From: a virus
IMG/VR virus record: IMGVR_UViG_2919005990_000001
Coordinates: 1 to 64,000 of that record
Direction: 5' to 3' (one strand)
DNA length: 64,000 bases
Shown here: one piece after another, positions 34,141 to 41,889 of the stretch
How the letters are laid out: every line of letters starts with the position of its first letter
Position numbering within the stretch: the stretch's first letter is position 1
Translations under genes and position numbers: made by a program
The notes under the pieces: generated by a model
The model's database searches: none
What the model was told of the DNA's origin: nothing
Seen by the model: the letters and a program-made list of their open reading frames with translations, nothing else

Positions 34141-35535
34141 TTATTGTGGCGCTTGAGGTTGCGGCCCTTCAGGCTGTGAGGTCATGCCACCAGAACGGCT
34201 TGCGCCTTTGGTGACAGTGGTATCTAGGTAGGCGGCACGTACTGCGCCTTGTGGATGATATTTACACTTCACGTCTACGGCGTCATAAGGACGGTCTTCA
34301 CGTGGAATGATCGAAAGGCTATAGAATCCGCTGAACTCGCTCGATTTCTTCAATAGCGGACGTTCTTTGGTTGTACACGCATCCAGAAAGCGGCCACATT
34401 CTTCCAAAGCATCTTCGATAAAGGTATCGGTCGGCTTGAGTAGATGGCGGTGAATGATCATCTTCAAGCGATTATCAATGAACATCGAAATATCACTGAC
34501 ATTGCTCAGCTTTAAGGCACTGGTATTATCGCCGTTTGCAGTCAAGCAATCGCCAATCACAAAACGTACACCGTTCGCTGACTTCATGCGTTCCACAACA
34601 TTCAGCTGACATTCGGCTAACATTTTGCGGGTGAAATCGTTAAGGATCACACCTGGGTTTTGTTCAATGCCTAAAAATGGAATCGGATAATCAAAACCGG
34701 CAATTGGAATATGCAAAGGCGGCACACCCTGGCTATTGGTTTGTGCACGGCGTTTTAACAATTGCCCCAATACATAGCCGCCCACATGACGCGGGATCTT
34801 CTTGCCTTTTAAACCGACTGCATCCAGGGGGCGTGCACGAATAGGCGACCAAAGCAAGCGTACATGATGATCAAACGGCGCTAGATCCTGGGCAAGCATC
34901 ATGGCTTCATCTGTAGTTAAGCTTGGGTCAAGCTCTACCCATAGATCCACATTGATCTTATTGGCAATCTGCAATAACTCGGTAAATAGCCCGAAATCAT
35001 TGGTAAATTGCATATACATGCTGCTTGGCTCAATATCCTGATTGGTCACAATATCAAAGACAGATTCAGTCATTGGCATTGGGCCCGATGGGATACTGAT
35101 CACTTCCTTATTACGTCCTAATGTGCCGTATTCATTAAAGCAAGCTAGATCGCCCACATCAGACGATTGCGACCGGTAGACTTCCATTGATACATCGCTG
35201 AAATCGTCCATTGCCTCCATAATTGACGTGATCGAACTATTGCCAAGCATGAAGTTCATTTGGTCATTGTCATCAGCAATGATCGCGCCGTTTGCTGCAT
35301 AGACGATATCGCCTGTTGCCTGATCAATGAATTTAAGATCCAGGTTCAAGCCTTCAATCGGGCCCACTTGTGGCAAGGTTGATTTCAGGGCTATTTCAAG
35401 TGCAACACTTTCGTCTAGGTGATTGGCTAAATCAAAACTCAGGGCAAAAAAGTAGTCATTATCATTGCCATCGTATTCATCGGCCAGGTACATATCCAGG
35501 CCGTTATAACCTACTGCTAATACATAACGTGTCAT
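34141..35535 (-). CDS. contractile tail sheath, C-terminal body only (canonical N-terminal arm absent)
   Basis: LLWSPIRA, IPRHVGGYVLG..GVPPLHIPIAG and QLNVVERMKSANGVRFVIGDCLTAN, together with the terminal strands, fit the sheath C-domain pattern. The protein starts at MTRYVLAVGY. Confidence 0.6.
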   Translation of the reverse strand: MTRYVLAVGYNGLDMYLADEYDGNDNDYFFALSFDLANHLDESVALEIALKSTLPQVGPIEGLNLDLKFIDQATGDIVYAANGAIIADDNDQMNFMLGNSSITSIMEAMDDFSDVSMEVYRSQSSDVGDLACFNEYGTLGRNKEVISIPSGPMPMTESVFDIVTNQDIEPSSMYMQFTNDFGLFTELLQIANKINVDLWVELDPSLTTDEAMMLAQDLAPFDHHVRLLWSPIRARPLDAVGLKGKKIPRHVGGYVLGQLLKRRAQTNSQGVPPLHIPIAGFDYPIPFLGIEQNPGVILNDFTRKMLAECQLNVVERMKSANGVRFVIGDCLTANGDNTSALKLSNVSDISMFIDNRLKMIIHRHLLKPTDTFIEDALEECGRFLDACTTKERPLLKKSSEFSGFYSLSIIPREDRPYDAVDVKCKYHPQGAVRAAYLDTTVTKGASRSGGMTSQPEGPQPQAPQ

Positions 35536-35540
35536 GGCAA

Positions 35541-36068
35541 TTAGCCCTCCACTTCAAAACGCTTCGTACCTTTTAAAGCATTGATTTGCGCAAAGTTGCC
35601 TTTCGCCAAAGCCTTGTCTTGCATGCTCTTATACGTGATCACAGTGCTTGCATTGGCCGGGATTAAGGCATGCGTTACATGACACATCGCACGGGCGCCT
35701 TTATTGGTCACACGTAGCTGCATCGCCGTCAATTCAGGTACGGCATTGGCTTGTGCTGCTGCCTGGGCTTCAGCTGCTGCCTTTGCCGCTACCTCTACTG
35801 CTGCCTTTGCCTCTGCTACCTTTGCCTCTGCATATTCATCGGCCTGGGCCTTTAATGCGGCATCGATACGGGCTTGTACGGCCGCTTCAGCTTCTGCTGC
35901 TGCTTTTTCTGCTGCTTCGGCTTCTGCCTGGGCTTTGGCCTCGGCCTCTGCTGCTGCCTTTTCCGCGGCTGCCTGGGCTTTCGCTTCAGCTTTCTTTTCA
36001 GCTGCGGTTTTTTCTACCGGTGCTTCAGGTTCGCTTGGCGCTTGTGGGGTTCCGTTTAGTTCGGTCAT
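35541..36068 (-). CDS. Ala/Glu/Lys-rich low-complexity protein with a 65-aa C-terminal globular part
   Basis: 175 aa. It lies between the capsid and sheath genes, with a stop 5 nt before the sheath ATG. Confidence 0.6.
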   Translation of the reverse strand: MTELNGTPQAPSEPEAPVEKTAAEKKAEAKAQAAAEKAAAEAEAKAQAEAEAAEKAAAEAEAAVQARIDAALKAQADEYAEAKVAEAKAAVEVAAKAAAEAQAAAQANAVPELTAMQLRVTNKGARAMCHVTHALIPANASTVITYKSMQDKALAKGNFAQINALKGTKRFEVEG

Positions 36069-36100
36069 AAGAATTTACCTAAGTGAATATTTAAGAAGGT

Positions 36101-36125
36101 AAATGGCGTGATGAACACGCCATTT
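36101..36125 (-). terminator. 10-bp stem-loop after the capsid gene (weak U-tract; possible attenuator)
   Basis: aaatggcgtg-atgaa-cacgccattt. Confidence 0.4.
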
Positions 36126-36138
36126 ATGGGTTGTTTTC

Positions 36139-38031
36139 TTATGGCGTTACTGCAGTAGTCATAGACTTAGGCAGGTTAAGAATGCGCAATACGCTTGACT
36201 GGCGACCGAAACGCTTGTTTTTGTTCAATTCAGCGGCTTGACGGGTATAGAACGTCACACCCTGTTCAAATGCCACGGCTTGCACATCACCGGTCACAAC
36301 TGGAACCGCGACATGACCTAAGAACATTGATTTCGCTGCCACTTCGTTACGGGCAATCATCATCATTTCCGCAAAAGTCACTACGGTATCCACACCACCA
36401 ACATCGATAATGTCTTCACCTTCATCCAGAACGCCGGCATTTGAAGGTAGGTAGTAGTAATTGTCAGTACCACGTGAACCCAGGCGCACCATGCTATTCG
36501 GGGCACCTAACGTAATACCTGACGGTACAAAGTTGGTGTCATCAGCCAAAGAGCGCATTAACGTGCTTAGTGAGCCAGTCACATACACATCAAAACCAGA
36601 CGGCGCATGCGCGGTATCTTCAATCATTCGGCGTTTTTGTTCTTCAACGGCCGGGATGATTTCAGACGCAATATCTGAAGTTTTGTTGAATGCAACGGTC
36701 ATGCTTGAACCGCGGCTAAGATCCAGTTCACGTACCGAACCAATACCAACGGCGCGGTCTTTCGCTTCAGCCAATAGACGGCAATTCTGCTCAAACATCA
36801 GCTTGGCAATCACTACGGCTACAAATGCAGCTCGCATGTCCACACCCAATTCATTCTGCATCTGAGTGATGGCATCAATTGAAGCGGTATAAATGGCACG
36901 GATCGCACGGGCAGTTACGCTTTGATATTCAATCTTCGCTTCAACACCAGGCGGCACTAAAATGAAGTTGCTGTTTGCGTCTTTTGCTTCGTAGTTCGCC
37001 ACCACGTTTGCAATGACTTTCACATCAGCCGGCAATGCTTTGTCTAAAGTGATCGATACTTCATCTTTATCAAGATCCACGTAACCGCTGATCAGCTTGT
37101 AAGCCACACCATTTAAGGTCACGCCGTCTTGATCAAATGCCAGTACTGACAATTTGCCGGTAGTCGAACCACTTGTTGCATGGGTTTGTTCATCACCTGC
37201 GAATGCCAAGCCACCTACATTGATCGTAGTCGCGCCGGCAACCAATGGCAGACGGCCAGACGTTGCATCTGGCGTTAAGGTGCCAGGCTCTACACAACGA
37301 TGGGCTTTCACGGTGAACGTGGTTTGATCTGCTGAAGTCAGTTCTAAACGGTGCACAGAATCGAAATACTGATTTGCCGCTTTTTCACCATCCAGGAAAT
37401 CACCTTTTAGGGTTTGGCCGTAATCGCGGTTAGCAACTTGACGGACATACACCATCGGTACAGTCTGCGAACCTTTAGGGTTTGGCAGGTAAGAAACAAT
37501 CGGCATTGCATTGGCAATAGTCGTTGCAATCGTCACCATCGCCAGGGTCGGCACTTCAGCGGCATGCGCTGAATTATGCGAACTCACGCTGTCCATGAAA
37601 AATTCTTTTGCAGCTGCACCGTTTACGCTTGCTGAATCGTACAGGCCGCCTGTTGCTGAAGACGATAGGCCATCATGCAATAGGGCCGCATTTGACAATG
37701 CAGACGCTACCAATGCAGCCGATGGCATATCACCGCCATGACGGTTACGGTGAGCGGTTACACCGGTGCCGATAGAGTCAAGTAATTTGCCGAAATTGGC
37801 TTTATCGTTGATTTTTTCTTGAAGGCTCAGCAATGCAGCCGGTACAAATGAAGCCACATTGATATTTTGCTCTGCTGCATTGGCAACCAGGCTATCGTAC
37901 TGACCTGAAAAAGATACGGCGCCACCTTGCAACGGCTGACCAAAGCCCATAAGGCCCATAAATTTTCCAGTTACAGCGATATCTTGTGCCTGTTGCTTAG
38001 CTAGGGCGGCTAACTGATCTTTATTGAACAT
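36139..38031 (-). CDS. major capsid protein candidate (630 aa precursor)
   Basis: It has a strong AGGAAA SD, the 41-bp element upstream and a stem-loop downstream. It has a spine-helix-like segment (AAFVAVVIAKLMFEQNCRLLAEA). The N-terminal 225 aa carry five Y/L/M/F-D-S motifs. Confidence 0.55.
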   Translation of the reverse strand: MFNKDQLAALAKQQAQDIAVTGKFMGLMGFGQPLQGGAVSFSGQYDSLVANAAEQNINVASFVPAALLSLQEKINDKANFGKLLDSIGTGVTAHRNRHGGDMPSAALVASALSNAALLHDGLSSSATGGLYDSASVNGAAAKEFFMDSVSSHNSAHAAEVPTLAMVTIATTIANAMPIVSYLPNPKGSQTVPMVYVRQVANRDYGQTLKGDFLDGEKAANQYFDSVHRLELTSADQTTFTVKAHRCVEPGTLTPDATSGRLPLVAGATTINVGGLAFAGDEQTHATSGSTTGKLSVLAFDQDGVTLNGVAYKLISGYVDLDKDEVSITLDKALPADVKVIANVVANYEAKDANSNFILVPPGVEAKIEYQSVTARAIRAIYTASIDAITQMQNELGVDMRAAFVAVVIAKLMFEQNCRLLAEAKDRAVGIGSVRELDLSRGSSMTVAFNKTSDIASEIIPAVEEQKRRMIEDTAHAPSGFDVYVTGSLSTLMRSLADDTNFVPSGITLGAPNSMVRLGSRGTDNYYYLPSNAGVLDEGEDIIDVGGVDTVVTFAEMMMIARNEVAAKSMFLGHVAVPVVTGDVQAVAFEQGVTFYTRQAAELNKNKRFGRQSSVLRILNLPKSMTTAVTP

Positions 38032-38072
38032 AACTAGGTTTCCTATACTGCCGAAATGGCGAACCGATAAGC

Positions 38073-38113
38073 CTATTTTTTCAGAATAAAAAACCCCTCT
38101 TTTTCGATATTCC
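38073..38113 (-). promoter_or_regulatory. 41-bp upstream element
   Basis: GGAATATC-GAAAAAGAGGGGTTTTTTATTCTGAA-AAAATAG, 41 nt upstream of ATG 38031 (capsid gene). Confidence 0.65.
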
Positions 38114-38128
38114 TAGTTTTGAAATGGC

Positions 38129-38155
38129 AAAAAAAAGCCCCCGGCAAGGAGGCTT
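38129..38155 (-). terminator. intrinsic terminator
   Basis: The minus strand reads AGCCTCCTTGCCGGGGGCTTTTTTTT. Confidence 0.65.
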
Positions 38156-38191
38156 GAAAAATTAAGTTAAAAAGTTGCCCGACCAGGCTGC

Positions 38192-38785
38192 TTATGGCGG
38201 ATTGGTGCCAGGATCTGACGGCGTTTTTAAGCGTTCTTCCTGGCTGATAAATGGCTCAAGATGCATCAGACTGTCACGGATATTTAACGCATAGCGTTCG
38301 CCATGCTGCGCATGAAGGCTCTGCCCTGGAATGCCGACCACTTCCACCCATTTAAGGACGTCTTCACTGATCACCATTGCCAGGATATCGCCCTTTTTGG
38401 GTTTCCAGTCTGGCGTATTGCGTAGCATTTGGGCCTTAGATTCATAATCCGCATAATCAAAGGGCTCAATCTGCGCATAAAACATGGCTTCACCGGAATT
38501 AATGCCCTCGCCGTCACTATGGATTGATCCACCGGTGAACTTGTCCAGTAGCATCATGGCATAGCCTTGTTCTTTGTACTCTGTGGCATGCTCTTCATGC
38601 TCACTGAGTAGCATGCCGCCTTCCCATATGGTTTCCTCTCGGCTCTCCCCTTCTACGGCGGGCAGTACTTCACGCCGAAATACCAGGCATTCGATGGATG
38701 ATAAATTGGTAATAACCACCGAACGCGATGCAAAACGGCGTCCTTCAGCAACTCGATTGGCGACACTATTGATTGGCTTTAACAT
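38192..38785 (-). CDS. hypothetical head-module protein (197 aa)
   Basis: AAGGTG SD. A terminator lies downstream at 38129-38155. Confidence 0.6.
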   Translation of the reverse strand: MLKPINSVANRVAEGRRFASRSVVITNLSSIECLVFRREVLPAVEGESREETIWEGGMLLSEHEEHATEYKEQGYAMMLLDKFTGGSIHSDGEGINSGEAMFYAQIEPFDYADYESKAQMLRNTPDWKPKKGDILAMVISEDVLKWVEVVGIPGQSLHAQHGERYALNIRDSLMHLEPFISQEERLKTPSDPGTNPP

Positions 38786-38793
38786 GCTTCACC

Positions 38794-39873
38794 TTATTTT
38801 TTGCTTAAAATTTCAAATTCGCTATCAGTTAAAAGTCCCATGCTATGCAGTGACTTTAGTTTCTGTATGGCCTGTGCTTTCGTCTGTGTGGCCTTTTGCT
38901 TCTTGAGTAGGGCATTTGCTGCTGCCTGGGCCTTTCGTTCGATCTTGGCGACTTCACGCATCAAATTTGGCTTGATTTCATTGCGCTTGGTATTGGCCCG
39001 CACAATCTGCTCAGACAATTGGCGTATATTTTCATTTTTGCCGACCCGGTGGCGCTGTCCGACCTGCTTGGTCCGCTCTTTGGCAAGGGCCTGGGCTAAA
39101 TAGTGCTGTCCAGGCTGTGACTTCACAAAATGCATCACCCGCAAAATATGCTTGCATGCGATACCGGTTAAGCCAGGGTTTTTCTCTTTTGGAAAGCCGC
39201 CTTCTTTACGGCCCACAACGGTGCCGGCCACGGTATTTAAATAGCGAAGCCAATATTTAAAACGGCCACAATCACACTCAATTTTCACCTTGCCTTTGGC
39301 TAGGCGGTTTTGCACTGTCGTGGTTTTGATCTTATCCGGGTTAAATACCAATTCATTAAAGGCCAGGAACTCGACATTCACATGATGGAACCGTGGGGCC
39401 CGCGGGTCTTTTTCCGTGGTTTGCCGACTGGCGTTTGTAATGAAATGAACCACGCCGTCTTTCTGGCCCTGGGGCAGTGCCACATGGATCTGCTTATTGG
39501 CCCGGTCAATATCGTCCTGGGTACTGAGGGAAATGACCTGTTCAACGGTAATGCCGCCTTTGTAGGCTTGCTGCATCTGCTCGATATTGGCGGCAAAGGC
39601 CCTTAGATCTTCCTGGGTCATGATCCGGGTTTGCCCTTCTGGCATTCCTAGCGTAGTACGCAAGGCCCGTTTAAAATCATAATCCCCGGAAATATCCTGG
39701 GGCCGTAAAAACATGGGTCTACTGCCCTTTTTATCGTCTTTACTTTCCCGTTCCTGTTCGGCCCACTTACGTTGTGAGCGGTCATCTTTCAAACGTAGTT
39801 TTAGATCCTTGCGGACATTGCCACTTAGCAGGGCTTCACGGAACTTATCCGGGTCAAACTCACCATTAAGCAT
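38794..39873 (-). CDS. SWIM zinc-finger-containing protein with a basic coiled-coil C-terminus
   Basis: The CxC-x(n)-CxH pattern is present: ECDCGRFKYW...GIACKHILRV. Confidence 0.5.
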   Translation of the reverse strand: MLNGEFDPDKFREALLSGNVRKDLKLRLKDDRSQRKWAEQERESKDDKKGSRPMFLRPQDISGDYDFKRALRTTLGMPEGQTRIMTQEDLRAFAANIEQMQQAYKGGITVEQVISLSTQDDIDRANKQIHVALPQGQKDGVVHFITNASRQTTEKDPRAPRFHHVNVEFLAFNELVFNPDKIKTTTVQNRLAKGKVKIECDCGRFKYWLRYLNTVAGTVVGRKEGGFPKEKNPGLTGIACKHILRVMHFVKSQPGQHYLAQALAKERTKQVGQRHRVGKNENIRQLSEQIVRANTKRNEIKPNLMREVAKIERKAQAAANALLKKQKATQTKAQAIQKLKSLHSMGLLTDSEFEILSKK

Positions 39874-40150
39874 GTTTTACCCCATATTTCTTAGACAGCT
39901 GCACAATGGCATTCAGGCTTGGCAGTAATACGATTCTTTGAGGCAAAGGCTCATGTGCAAAGGACACACCACACGCCAGGCGCACAATATCGCTATGTAC
40001 CCGGGTTTGATAGACGCGCAAACTGACCAATGAAGCATCATGGATCTCGTCTTCCCCAATCTGGTACGCCGTCAATGAACCACCAAAACCGGTCTTGTTG
40101 GCACTGATTTCAATATGACGGCGAATCGCGTTATAAAATTCATTTCGCAT
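39866..40150 (-). CDS. hypothetical protein (94 aa)
   Basis: ATG 40148-40150 is preferred, because the ORF-track start at 40162 is GTG. The 41-bp element lies 30 nt upstream. Confidence 0.5.
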   Translation of the reverse strand: MRNEFYNAIRRHIEISANKTGFGGSLTAYQIGEDEIHDASLVSLRVYQTRVHSDIVRLACGVSFAHEPLPQRIVLLPSLNAIVQLSKKYGVKHA

Positions 40151-40163
40151 CAGGCAAAGCACA

Positions 40164-40198
40164 TAAAAAAAGGACTAAACCTATTATGGTTTAGTCCT
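40164..40198 (-). terminator. intrinsic terminator after the tail fibre gene
   Basis: The minus strand reads AGGACTAAACC-ATAATA-GGTTTAGTCCTTTTTTT. Confidence 0.7.
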
Positions 40199-40221
40199 TT
40201 TGTGGCTTTTCTGGATATTCC
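40181..40221 (-). promoter_or_regulatory. 41-bp upstream element overlapping a terminator hairpin
   Basis: GGAATATC-CAGAAAAGCCACAAAAGGACTAAACC-ATAATAG, 30 nt upstream of ATG 40150. Confidence 0.5.
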
Positions 40222-40241
40222 TTAAAAGCCTGGGGGCTGCC

Positions 40242-41819
40242 TTATAGTTTCACATAGTTGGTATGAATACCGCCTACATAGTCATTCGGGAACACGCCCA
40301 GTTTTGCAGTTTTGGCATTGGTGTAATAGGCAACCTTAAACACCATACGTTCATCATCAATTACAGAAATATCACGCATAGACAATGGAATCTGCGTAAT
40401 TGCAATACCATTTCCATCCGCCCCGGCGCGTAATAACTGCTGCTCTACTGCAACATAAGCACCACCTGGGGCCTGTTTGCCGACTTCCACCAATACCCAT
40501 AGTTCGGTATTAACTGCAGTTAATACTTTACGATGGAAATGGGGCACTTCATTCACCGGCGCTGCCAGGGTGCCTAAGTGGACTTGCAAGTATTGGTTTG
40601 AACTCATTTCAAAGTAGAACCACTCGAAGGCCGGGAATATTGAATAATCGGTTTCCTCTGCCTCAACACGGCCCTTAATAAAGCTCGATCCATCGACAAT
40701 AGAGCTATAACTCACTGGGACAAAGCGTTTTACCCGGTCATCCACATAAATCGACCCCTTAATCGATCCCTTATGCTTATTCCAGACACGCCCATTATAG
40801 TAAATTTCGGCATAACCCTCTTCAGGCAATTCAAACACGTACTTAATCGGATCTTCAAATTGGTTATATCCGGCACGGCTAATATTGGCGACTTGTACAT
40901 TCTTTAATAATTTTTTGGTTTTATCGTAGGTTCGTATCCATAATTCACCAAAACCCTGCGGCTGATAGTTCACATACAGCAAGAATTTACCAAAGCTTCG
41001 ATACGGCGTAAAAGTTACAGTCCCGTTGTAATATTTCCACCAGGTTATCGAATCAATACCAAAATCAGCGTCACCGCTTTCGCCGTTCCAGTTATATACC
41101 CGGTTTTCTGGCTTGATTGCTGTATTTAGTGTGGCATTCATCAAGATCTGCACACCAAAAGTAGAGGCAAGCAAGTACTGTGGATGCGGGTTATTGGCAT
41201 TTTTATGCAAGCCCAATTCAGACATTAAATAACTAATGCTTTGTTCTAACGCCGTCTTGGTTGCAAGTATTTCTTGCAGCTTAACCACACGTTCTTCAAC
41301 TGCCGCTGCCAGGGCTAAAACGTCCAGGTCTGTTGCATATTGTGGATGGGGGTCGGCATGTTTTTCATGCTGATAGATCAGTGAAGCAGCCAGGGCCGCG
41401 GACGGATCGACCACCACCTTAATATTATCCAAAAGGGCCGCTTGCAATGTCATCCCGAAGGACATAACAAAGCTGATTTTTGGCAGGATTTTAAGCAGTT
41501 CGCCTGTTGGTGCACTAGCTACGGCGAACAAGATGCCATCACGGGTAAATAGGCCCACTGAGGCAATGCTTAGCAATGTTGGGGAATCGACCACCGCATG
41601 ACAGCGTAAAGTATTCTGCCCGATAGACGTGCCGCCGGCGGCAATTGCCGATTCATATACCACGTTAGGCAATGTTGTGCGCGGATCATTCATTACAGAC
41701 GTAAAATTAGCTGTACTGAATTTAACCTTATCCAGTTCAATCAGAATACCGTTCACTTCAGCATTTAAAGCCGCTTCAATACCGGCCTTTGTGATTATTA
41801 ATTTGACTGGCTCTGTCAT
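40242..41819 (-). CDS. tail fibre protein (P2 gpH/Mu-type N-terminal domain)
   Basis: MTEPVKLIITKAGIEAALNAEVNGILIELDKVKFSTANF, plus two H-x4-(D/N)PHPQY motifs. ATG 41817-41819 lies 26 nt below the 41-bp element. Confidence 0.7.
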   Translation of the reverse strand: MTEPVKLIITKAGIEAALNAEVNGILIELDKVKFSTANFTSVMNDPRTTLPNVVYESAIAAGGTSIGQNTLRCHAVVDSPTLLSIASVGLFTRDGILFAVASAPTGELLKILPKISFVMSFGMTLQAALLDNIKVVVDPSAALAASLIYQHEKHADPHPQYATDLDVLALAAAVEERVVKLQEILATKTALEQSISYLMSELGLHKNANNPHPQYLLASTFGVQILMNATLNTAIKPENRVYNWNGESGDADFGIDSITWWKYYNGTVTFTPYRSFGKFLLYVNYQPQGFGELWIRTYDKTKKLLKNVQVANISRAGYNQFEDPIKYVFELPEEGYAEIYYNGRVWNKHKGSIKGSIYVDDRVKRFVPVSYSSIVDGSSFIKGRVEAEETDYSIFPAFEWFYFEMSSNQYLQVHLGTLAAPVNEVPHFHRKVLTAVNTELWVLVEVGKQAPGGAYVAVEQQLLRAGADGNGIAITQIPLSMRDISVIDDERMVFKVAYYTNAKTAKLGVFPNDYVGGIHTNYVKL

Positions 41820-41845
41820 ATCGACCACCCATAATGAAATTATGC

Positions 41846-41886
41846 AAGTTATAACCTGCTTCAAAAGGGTGGCTTTTTCATATTCC
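41846..41886 (-). promoter_or_regulatory. 41-bp upstream element (weak heptamer)
   Basis: GGAATATG-N26-ATAACTT, 26 nt upstream of ATG 41819. Confidence 0.45.
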
Positions 41887-41889
41887 AGG

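Noticed and set aside
35648-36102. Three plus-strand ORFs (140, 132 and 61 aa) opposite the Ala/Glu/Lys-rich gene.
   Set aside because: They are an antisense artefact of GC-rich GCN/GAR repeats. The minus-strand ORF is coupled to its neighbours.
38021-38031. TTGAACAT at the capsid gene start (and similar ATGAAC/ATGTTC starts at 34123, 48023, 54781 and 55629) considered as extra palindrome half-sites.
   Set aside because: They are single half-sites with no dyad partner or 17-bp periodicity. They are most simply codon choice (Met-Phe-Asn, Met-Asn).
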